From positions 1-64,000 of the forward strand of contig CT868009.1 in the NCBI GenBank assembly GCA_000165425.1: a stretch of DNA of 64,000 nucleotides, in the 5' to 3' direction. Each line of letters opens with the position of its first letter. The stretch's first letter is position 1. The notes under the pieces were generated by a model that was not told where the DNA came from, did no database searches, and saw only the letters and a list, made by a program, of their open reading frames with translations. Both the position numbers and the translations under genes were made by a program. Shown here piece after piece: positions 53,881 to 64,000 of the stretch. Source of the DNA: Paramecium tetraurelia. Lineage: Eukaryota.

Positions 53881-55332
53881 ATGAGAATGTTTTCTTATAA
53901 TTGCATAGAATAAATACATAAAAATCACCAGATTGACTTTTATTGCTTCAATCCGGATTGTTAAGACAGAAAATTATTTTGTTTAGAATGTTTATAATCA
54001 GGAATGCATCTTGGGCATGCTCATAAATTAGATGATATTGATAGACATAGAATAAAAATTTATGATAAATGCAAAGCCCTTATTGACTAATTAAACGATT
54101 ATAAACTTCATATCCTAAATTTTCTGGAACTATTAACCAAAACTTTACAATAGAAATTCTAAACCCCACCAAAATCAAATTATAGCTTTGATCAATTAGA
54201 ATCTTACATTAATACGCTTTTAGATTTTGAAACCAATTAATCGTAAGTAGAAAATAAAGTAATTAAATACCTCTTGAAATCTTAAAGTAACATTTAGGAT
54301 GTTATTATACAACTTGAAGTAAAAGAACGTTTACATTACTAAGCTCCTTCTACGAGCTTACAAAGAGTGAGAGATTTATAAAGATAAAGTTTTATAATTT
54401 TTTATTTAGGTACTCAATTATTCTAAAATAATGAACTCCAGAAGGCTCAAGATATCTTGGATCAAACATTGGATTTAGATCCTAATAACCCAACTTCTTT
54501 AGCATTGTAGGGTATTCATTATTACAAAAACAATAGGTAATCTACTACTTTCTAAAGCTAAATATACTGAAGCCTATAATATCTTTTCGAAACTGAACAA
54601 GATAGATCCAAATCATATTTAAGGATTAAATGGATTAGGTATGCATACTTTTATATCAGGTGATTCTTTAAGAGCAATAAAAAATTGTTCTGTAGCATTA
54701 GAAGAATATAAAAAGGTACTTGCGTTAGATTCCCTAAATGTATAAGCCTTGATAGGAAAAGGTATTAAACTCAAAATATAAATTTTAGCATATTGTTTAG
54801 GGTAAAAATAAAAATTTCAAAAAGCCTAATAAATTTATGATTAGATATTATTTAAGGAACCAGCAAATGTCTAGGCAATTTTTGGTCAAGGTATTTTTGT
54901 AAATAAGATTACGAAAGCTGAGCTTCTAAGAATAAAAGAGAAATTTGATGAAGCTATAACCTTGTATGATAAAGCCCTATCATTAAATAAAAATCACATA
55001 GAATCATTAAGTGGAAAAGGTATTGTTATATTGTTTAACAATATGAATAGGGGATTGTTATAGATCACTTGGAAAATTTAGAGATGCAATGGTTTGTTTG
55101 AAAAAAGCAGAAGAACTAAATCCCCTAAATAGCTAAACTTTAATTAGAATTGGTAAAAATGATTTATACAATTAGGGGATTGCTTAAAATTAGAAGAGAA
55201 ACTTACAGAAGCCTATTCTTATTATGAAAAAGCCTTAAAAATCAATCCTCTAGACGAATGGTCTTAGTTAAAAATGGGTAAGCATTCATCCTATTTGAAG
55301 ATCAATGCAAAAACAATATTCGATTTATATGA
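53881..55332 (+). CDS. B-box-like + coiled-coil + 7 TPR protein (copy B, paralog of 40005-41466)
   Basis: CIEQIH-x8-CFNPDC-x6-CLEC-x5-HLGH. 102-nt exons 54410-54511, 54537-54638, 54660-54761, 54789-54890, 54918-55019, 55051-55152 and 55176-55277 have the same intron positions as copy A. Confidence 0.92.
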
Positions 55333-55365
55333 TTGTGAGGTTTTTCACATATTAACAATATTATA

Positions 55366-55740
55366 TCAATGATTTGTAATTTAACTACTTGCCTGGAATA
55401 TCAATGGTTAATTCAGTGGCAATTTTCCATCAACCCATTAACTATTAAAGTATTTCTTACCATTACATTTATAATTTTCTATTTCATGTTGATATCATTC
55501 TTTTCAAAACCTCTAATACCATTAACCACAAGTACGTATTAAACACGATATACTTCCCTCAAATCGTATAAGGTTTGATAATAATCAAATCCTTCCATAA
55601 GACTATTTTCATCTTCATTTACTTGATACTAGATCGATTATATTTATCAATATATTCAATCCACTTTATTCCATCTTTAAATCCTTCAACCCTTGGAGTC
55701 CATATCAAATTTTCTCTCAAACTTACCTTACATTTTCCAC
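55366..55740 (-). pseudogene. Truncated, degraded copy of the MORN gene 3' part
   Basis: Colinear similarity to 41500-41970, e.g. attatatcaa, ttaactactt, gcaattttcca, ccattaac..aaagtatttc, ctcaaatc and ccttgga..catcaaatt. No open frame remains. Confidence 0.7.
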
Positions 55741-56088
55741 TTTATATATGATAATTATTTAATTTTTAGTCAAGATACAATTTGAAAGGAAATTCAATCA
55801 TCTATTTTTATTTCATTCTGTTCTTGGATAAAATTGATTCATTATTCATATTTTATGCTTAATAGTTTTTAATTAAGAATCTACTAATAAATATATAAAT
55901 TTATAAGTATTAGTTTTAATAGAACTTCCTATAAATATTAAAAATGGACTTGTTATCCAATAATAACTAAATCCTTTATAATTATAATGACTTTATTTAT
56001 CAAATAGAAAGGATTTCTGCACATATTTTCATCTATTTAAGATATTATTTATAAGAATGAGTAAATAAAATAGATAATCAATATTATT

Positions 56089-56496
56089 ATGTCAGATTAG
56101 ATCAACGTGGCTATTATTCGTCTAAATTAAGAGAGAAAATTACTGAAGGAACGCTAGAATACTTTTAATTCTGAAAGCTCTCAAAATAATAGAACTGTGT
56201 ATTAAAAGTAGAGACTGTCCACTCTTGATCCTCCGAAGTTGTTCATGCAGATAATATAAGTTCCTTATATGAAAAATCAACGACCAATTAAGGTCAAGAC
56301 TAAATTGAAAGTCAATATAAATTTCAGGAGACGTAGTCTGAGTTAGAAGACAGAAAAGATTAGTAATGCAATGGTAGGAGTAGTAAGGAAATTCGATTTA
56401 TCTTTTTTAAACTATGATCCTTTGCCTATTGTGTATTATAATCAAGGGAAGATGTTGAAGTAGAAGAGATAGGGCTCAAATATAATAAGTATTTGA
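56089..56496 (+). CDS. Hypothetical basic protein
   Basis: 136-codon ciliate-code ORF MSDQINVAIIRLNQERKLL.. with TGA at 56494-56496. Confidence 0.6.
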
Positions 56497-56539
56497 TTTT
56501 TTAATGTTTATATAAATATTGTAAATGCTAATACAAAGA

Positions 56540-56801
56540 TCAAAATTAGTCTCTTAATTTGCAATCCAAATACTGGATAACCAAGATGGGTTTATCAACT
56601 TTGAATGTCTTTTTATTTGTTGGAGAGATGTTGCTGTCCCATGAATCATCCAAACTAAATGTTTCAATTTCTTCTGCCTAAGGACTTGGTAAGGGTCTAT
56701 TGGGATTAATAAAGTTGATACTTGGTTTTGATGTGTTGAGGAGTATCTGCATAAGGGAAGTGAGAGTGTGATTAAAGGTTGAGTTGATAAAAGCCTGACA
56801 T
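56540..56801 (-). CDS. Small hypothetical protein (~78 aa)
   Basis: MSGFYQLNLQSHSHFPYADTP.. with one 25-nt intron. TGA at 56540-56542. Confidence 0.6.
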
Positions 56802-57112
56802 CAAAAAGGAGTGATAAGAGTTATAGAAAATAAATAATGGATTTGATATTATTAAATCATTTATTTAAATTGATTTCAAACATAATAATTGAATAAAATT
56901 TGTTCTAGAAGGTACAAAATGTTTTAAGGCGTACTGAATATTACAAACAATATATATTTAAAAAATTACATAAAATTAAATAAAAATACGTTAACTAGAC
57001 CCATAATTCTTGTTGTTTAATATTTAAGCAAGTAATACTTGGAAACAATTATAGGAGTGGGTCTGTGGAAATGATTATATAATTTAATCATAATTAAAAA
57101 CTTTATATAAAA

Positions 57113-59803
57113 ATGAATAATGAAATGTTACAGGATGAAAATGACCAAAGTGATATGTATATAGAATCCTAATTTGATGAGCATAAAAAACACTTACAAC
57201 CGGATTGCTTTCTCATGGAGGACAAAGTGCAATTTTCCAATTTAAACATGAATGAACCTCTAGACATGAAATCAGCTTCTGAAACTGTATTTGTAGTAAT
57301 CAACTGTAGATTCAAGAGTTCATTTACACAGAAGAGAAATTAGAAGTGCAAGGAAAGGGTTTGGTTAGTACTTCGTTGGATTAGAATAAATTTGTCAATA
57401 TTAAACTTCTTGATTTATCTAGATGCAAGCTCTATTAAATTCCAGAAGATGTGAAGTAAAATGAATCATAAAAGTAGATAAATGATCAATTTATAAAAGA
57501 TGTATTTGAGTTAGAATGTGTTGGTAAATGTGCCACGATTTTTGGAATCCTTGAATTATTTAGAAGTCTTGGACTTGTCTTACAACTTAATCTAGAATTA
57601 TCAAGTTCATATAAAACACTTAAGACAACTCAATCTTGCTAGTAATTGTATTAAGCAACCTTATTTGGGTGAATTGGATGTTCTCTGTATTTAGATGAAT
57701 CCAATTACTCATCTACCGCAATAATTTCATAAAGCATTGGCAAATATGAATCAATTAGAATTTGATTGGTTTAAATATTGCAAGCCTCCATTGCCATTTA
57801 GACTCAATTTCAAGAAATATCCCTTGATTTAAGAGAAACTAATTAAAGCACTCACATAACAAACTTTGAGTTTCTAGGAATTCATCAAGTTATTGAGTCA
57901 GAATGAATAGAACTTTAGTTGTACTGATTACAAGGAGAGGAACTTGTATTGTCAAGCAGGGATGAATGATGAAATTGGAGTGTTGTATTGTTTAAATTCC
58001 ATCATTCCTTAGGATATCAACAAAACTGATTTTGATAATAATACACCCTTGTCAGTTTGTTATTTGGAAGGCAAAATGAGGTTAGTTTTCATAATAATAA
58101 AGATCAGTGAGCTTATTAAAGACTTTAGGTGGTAGATTTTCTTTGAATACCATTCATTGCATGAGTCAAAGAGCTGATGTGCAGAATTTAAAGTTTCTTT
58201 TGGGGGTAAAGGAAAATTTTCACTTGTAATTAAGGACTACAAACATCTAACATCCGATTAATGATGAATCCTTAGTGATGATGAGGAATATCGATGGTAA
58301 TACTCCATTGCATCAATTAATGATGAATTTTGATAAATATGAATAGAGTTCAGAGTTTGCTGAGATATTATTATTGTATGGAGCTGATCCAAACGTTGAG
58401 AATTGCGAAGGTTACACTCCTCTTGATATTGCAATAAGGAAATAATAAATAAAGGGCCTTAAATTTGGAAATTATTTCAATATGTCTCATCATGCTGATT
58501 TTGCTAATAATAGATTCTTTGATTTTTCCCATTAATCATCAATCACAGGTTATGGTCTATGTCACATTGCTGTAATGGTAGGAAATATTGAAATCTTGGA
58601 ATTCCTAATTTCAATCAATGCAGACTTTCTCCCCATTAGTAAATCTAACAAATTACCTAGAAATTTGGCTACTCAAAGTTTAGTTGCCTTAAAGAATATT
58701 CGAAAACTAGAAAAAAGGTACATTTTAAATAATGTGATCAAAGAGAAATCTCTATTGGAATAATAAGAAAAGTAAATTAACTAATTTAATTAGAAATGTA
58801 TATTAGATGAGACATTAAATCGAAAAGAATATTGTTTAAAGACATCATAATATGATCTAGAAGTATGCAGACTAAGAAGAAATTGAAGATGACCAATCCA
58901 TCGAAAGTTATAATGATTTTAGTCTCCAAGTAGGAAGTGAATGTACTGTCAGAGATACTGTTGCAGAGTCTGCTCCCATATTTAAAAAATAATTAAATCA
59001 GTAAAAGGATTCAAACACTTCTGTGTAGTAGAATTTTTAACAGTTGTCATCTCTAGAATTTTCTGACCATTATCCTGATGTTTTAAAATTATTGAGAAGT
59101 GGTAATATTGATACAGCAATCAAGAAAATAGAGAATGTCTTACAGTATGAGCAAATAAGTGTGGCTGAGAGACTCAAATATAAAAATCAGTTGTCCTTAT
59201 TGAAGTTAAAATTCAAATAAAAAAATATTGAATTAAAATCTAAAATTGGCTAGGATGTACAATTAATCTTAAATGAATACCAATTTAAATCATTAAAAAC
59301 AGACCTTAGAAGTAAGTTATCAAAGTATCATAGATAAATATTTCAAAAATGTTCAAACTATATTAAATGCCTAAATAGAAATGGAAATTTCTATAGCTTT
59401 AAATATAGTATCCAGATAAAAAATTATATGTTCATCCTATAATTTAAATAGGGATCTATAAGTTTCTGATCTCTCTCTTATAAATGATCTTAGAACCAGG
59501 TTGAGTGTAAATCTAGTCTATGACATAAATAACTATGCATCTCACTTATTTTCTTCATAAAATTAACTATATCAATGGCTCTATAGTTGCTTATCAAAAA
59601 AAGAAAAAATATTATTCTTAACTAGTTTTTTTAATCTACAAAACTACGAATATCTTTAAATGATGAAATTTAAGAAGAAAAGAGTACTTGTTGTAAAACA
59701 GGACGATCTCAGTATTGAGAAGGATATGGCTGAATTAAATAAAGTTCCAATCAACTAAATAATTAGTAATCATAACTAGTTTTGTAACAGTAAAAGAAAT
59801 TGA
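57113..59803 (+). CDS. LRR + ankyrin-repeat protein
   Basis: LRRs IKLLDLSRCKLYQIP, LEVLDLSYNLI and LRQLNLASNCI. Ankyrin repeats DGNTPLHQL, GADPNVENCEGYTPLDIA and HIAVMVGNIEILEFLI. TGA at 59801-59803. Confidence 0.88.
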
Positions 59804-59831
59804 AGCTAACAGTCTATATTTATTATTATAT

Positions 59832-61077
59832 TCATTATAAAGCTAATCATCATTTCAAAAATTTAGATAAATACTCGTATTTTAATCGATATTGAGAAAA
59901 TCACCATCAATATTTAAATTAAAATATTTTAATAGTTTTGCATATCCATATGTAAGGATAAGTCCACATAAGGCATTCCAAGGGATAGTCTTTCTTAAAT
60001 ACTATTAATTACATAACTGAAAATCATCACCCAAACATTGTCACTGTTAATAAAGTCTAAAAATTTCACAGTTGATAATGGAATTATTAGAAGTAAAAAG
60101 CGAAAACACTTTTATTTCCAATTCAACTTTGAATAATTTTGAGTGAATTCTTCTTCATTATTTTTCCCATGGCTGAGTTTGATTCCCAAAAATATGAAAA
60201 AGATAAAAGTGATTTCGAAGCTTTTATTCAAACAAAAACTTTGGAACACCTAAGAACTATGAATTGAAAGAAGTTCAGTTTAATTTGGACATTTCTTGTA
60301 AATATTCTATGTCCATTGTGTAAGTTTGGCTTAGTTTAAGTATAGATTCTTTCTATCCAAAAAGTAAAATAAAAATGAGATACCCAACCAACCTAAAGTT
60401 GATAAACCAACCATAAATACAAATTTCCAAGTTAGATCAATAGATGACAGTCTAGTTTTTAAATATTCCATTATAGGTTAATGCAAATAGGAGAGATAAA
60501 TTAAAATAAAATAACTCGAATACATCCAACCCAACAGAATCTAACCTATTGTATGCATCCCTAAATAGATGCGAGACAATGCAGTCATTACAGTCCATAT
60601 GGAAACAAAACATAGGATAATACTTTTGATTAGTTTTGGCTTTTTCACAAAGGTTGAAGGGAGAACCATCAAAGGCAATAAAAAACACATCAGCAATGAC
60701 CCCATAGCATGTCCTGAGGGTTTACCAAACTCTTTATTGCATGACAATGCAACAATATCGGGTTCAATCCAATAAGGTCTTGGTTGATGATATACATTTT
60801 TAAGAACTGAGTTAAATGAAATTGTAAATTATATTAAGCACATATATATGATGGAGGCCAATTTATTTTCTGTAAATATAAAGATTAATAAAGCTATTCC
60901 AGGAAAAATGTTTATCCAATTGGAGAAGAAATTAAACATACTTTACAGCCCAGGGGTTTGCTTCTGTTACATATATTTCGTAATCCTTGTATTAAAATCC
61001 CAGAGCTGCTGATCATAAATTACATCAAGGATCAAACAGGCTATGAAAATGATGGTTGCTGCTATGAAAATCTTCAT
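59832..61077 (-). CDS. PAP2-family multi-TM phosphatase, glucose-6-phosphatase-like
   Basis: C1 KNVYHQPRP, C2 PSGH and C3 SRIYLGMHTIGQ, plus multiple TM helices. The stop is at 59855-59857, or at 59832-59834 if a 32-nt terminal intron is spliced. Confidence 0.88.
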
Positions 61078-61186
61078 TATTGTGTAAATTGATAATAAAT
61101 ATATTATTTTGATATTGTCCTTCCATTTGATGTGATAATTAAGAATATATGTGTAATAATAAACAACAACAATTATTTTAATATAA

Positions 61187-62511
61187 ATGATTAAGAGATT
61201 CAAGAAACTATTTCAGGGTCAGAGTGAGTTCCAATCATTTCTAACTAAATCTAGTCTGACAAAAGATAACTTTGTATACAAACAAGAAGATGTGGAAATA
61301 TTGGTACCATTCTTAACTGATGACCAAAATATAATTGAATTTTTTTAGGTGTATCAGGAAGATAACTGTCAACCTTATACGATAAAAATGAAAATGCTCA
61401 TAACAATTCATCAGGTACTCAATATCAGTGACGAATTCGCGTAATAATTCATTAAAATAAATTTTGCATATTTTAATAAGTATCAATGATTGTATATTAG
61501 CAGACCTTCACAAAAACCAGAAACCTTTGTGTTTAAGCAGGTGACTAATGAAGTCTGGTTGCTGGAAAATCTGTAGATTCCATTCCTCCAGTATTTGTAA
61601 AAATTGGCATTGAATGTGTAGGAGATCAAGAGTTATCGAAATCACCACTTTAGAAAACCTATTCATTAATCGAAGTATCTAAATCTAGTCTATTTAAGTC
61701 TCGTAGTTGAATGCTTTAAATTAGAAAACCTCGTCAATTAAGGATTATCTCTTGTTCCCTAACTGAAAACGTCCCTCTCCAACTTCCCACACGACTTTCT
61801 CTTGAAGAAATTGGCTTGCAATCTTTATAGTGAATTGAGGCAATTTCAAAGACAATTGATTAATTCTCTCTCTGCTCTATTGGACACCAACTCTAGGGCC
61901 TCAAATATTGAGATATTTGAGTTCTTCAGAGAAGTAAGATCTCTCTCTCACAATACACATAGGTGCAAATGATAGAGAAGAAGACCATGTCCTATTACAT
62001 GTTACACAAATTGTTTGATCCTGGAAGAAAATTGATGCCTCCTTTGTAATTGAAAATTGATCTGAAAAGTGCAAAGCATCTCGAATAGTAAGCTTTCAAT
62101 GAACAATTAAAGATTAATTAGCAAAAGCAAATGAGAAGTCAAAGAAATTCCAGATCAAATAGTTTAGATCAGCAATAACGAGTCTCCTAAGGCTTTATTA
62201 GTTAAAGGGAGCGCCGCTTTATGATGTATAGCAGAGCAAAGAAGCAAGATACAATTCAAGAAGACATCGAAATGCCAACAGAGGAGCAACAACCATCAGA
62301 GAAGAAAAAGATCCCCCAAGTGGTGGACAATTAAGTCAATGATATTATTTCAAAACAGTTTGATCCTGAAGATAACAACAATGATAGCTAGATTTAAAAA
62401 AAAGAAAGTGGTAATGGGAGTGAAATCAATGAGATTAATAGTTAAAAGGAAACCAATGACATTGTTAAAAATCAAGAAAGCACAAGCTAAGCAGATTAGG
62501 ATGAAAGTTGA
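61187..62511 (+). CDS. ANTH/ENTH-like domain protein with disordered tail
   Basis: IKMKMLITIHQVLN and FLQYLQKLAL lie in a helical N-terminal domain, followed by a low-complexity C-terminus. TGA at 62509-62511. Confidence 0.6.
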
Positions 62512-62554
62512 GATATTTGATTAATTATAAAGTTGTTTTTTTGTATAATATTTT

Positions 62555-64000
62555 ATGAGTGCAGTCGAAGAAATAGAGAGATGCTTATCTTAAGCAATTC
62601 AACTGAGAACTGTTACTGAAATAGTAGCTACAATGGGTACAAAAGTGCTCACTCTACAGAACTTTTAATTATTGATAAAGAAATTCAATAAGAACATAAT
62701 CAATAAAGAAGTTGAAGAATATTACTACAAAGTCCTCACAGATTTTGATAGTCGGGTTGGGATTACCTAAGAAATATTCGAAAAGTTAGTAGAGAATTTA
62801 CCGAAACCTAAAAGACGACAAGATGTTGTAATGAGTTTAATTGAGGGGATACAATAGAAGAAAGCATCATTAGAAAGGATTTATAAATTTTTTGATTATG
62901 ATGGGGATGGAAAAATGCAATTAAACGAAATGAAAGAACTTTTGGAATATTTATACCCAGAAATTACCGAAGAAGATATCAAAATACTAATGAAAAATAA
63001 TAATGAAGTCTAATTTTCTTTCGAAAATATTAAAACTTTATTATCTTTTGAATAAAATATGAATGCCGAAATTGTTATTGTTAAAGATAAAAATGAACTA
63101 AGTGACAGCGAGGAAGATGATGAATATTACGATGAATATGGAATGTTTAAAGGAAATCAAGAAGAATTCTTTGATGAATAGAGTTTCTCACAAGATTCCC
63201 CATTTTATGAATCTTTTATTAATTTCAAAAATCTCTACTTCAAATTGAAAGAAAACAAAACAATTTTCGTTGATCCCGACTTCAAGCCTGATGAGACAAG
63301 CTTAGGAAATGTGGGGACTAATTTTGAATGGAAAAGACTTACTGAGATCTGGAAGAATGCGTAAATCTTCTAAAAAGACCTATATCATTCCAACAATGAA
63401 TTAGGAGTTCATACTTTAGTTTCACCAAGAGACATTAAATAAGGATCACTTGGAGATTGCTATTTTTTATCTTCTTTAGGATCAATTGCTAGTAAACAGT
63501 AAATATATTATTTAATATATAGTCCTGATAAGATTTTCGATCTATTTTAGACTCCTATTCTAAATCCTTACGGTATTTATGGAGTTTGGCTTTGTATCCA
63601 GGGAGTTTGGAAATTGATTACTCTAGATGATTATGTACCTGTCTATGATGATCAACCAGCATTTAGCGGGAGTGACTCTCAAGAAATGTGGGTTATATTA
63701 TTAGAAAAGGCTTGGGCTAAGTTGTTTGGAAGCTATGCGAATATTGTAAGTGGTGATCCAAGGGAAGTAATAGCAAGCATTACAGGAGGACCTACTTGGT
63801 GTATCAGTAGTGATGAAAGCACTTTTATTGAGAGATTGAAACAAATTATGAATTCGTATCAAAATTATATTGTCTGTGCAGGAACATACTCTGATAAGCC
63901 AGAATCAGAAATGATGGGCTTAGTTCGTAATCATGCTTATTCGGTGTTGAATTTTCGAACTATTAAATTGCCAAGCAAAGAAGAAGTTTAACTCATATAA
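62555..64000 (+). CDS. Calpain-family cysteine protease with N-terminal EF-hand (3' end outside window)
   Basis: EF-hand DYDGDGKMQLNE. CysPc motifs FVDPDF, QGSLGDCYFLS, LDDYVP, WVILLEKAWAKLFGSY and GLVRNHAYSVL. Confidence 0.93.

Overview
Eukaryotic, very AT-rich, gene-dense DNA that reads as a ciliate macronuclear chromosome segment, most likely Paramecium (aurelia-type). TAA/TAG encode Gln, TGA is the only stop, and genes carry tiny 20-32 nt GT..AG introns, so the supplied standard-code ORF track is fragmentary and largely misleading. Re-reading with the ciliate code gives about 30 genes. These include a 7TM(GPCR)-PIP kinase fusion, a ~2,500-aa LRR protein with a C-terminal XK-like membrane domain, Brr2 helicase, WBP11-like, NF-YB, PP4R4-like, an RBR-type E3 ligase, a cyclic-nucleotide-binding protein, two HTH factors and an EMC7-like gene. 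They also include an acylated IQ-MORN protein, a hybrid histidine kinase, a Ser/Thr kinase, an LRR-ankyrin protein, a G6Pase-like PAP2, an ANTH-like protein and an EF-hand calpain. Pseudogenes are a divergent alpha-tubulin, a TPR gene and a MORN relic. The most striking pattern is a family of B-box-like + coiled-coil + variable C-terminal domain (TPR or SPRY-like) genes whose TPRs are each encoded by an exact 102-nt phase-1 exon, with local duplication and decay. No rRNA, tRNA, CRISPR array, transposase or telomere tract was seen. All calls are by-eye translation, not database hits.
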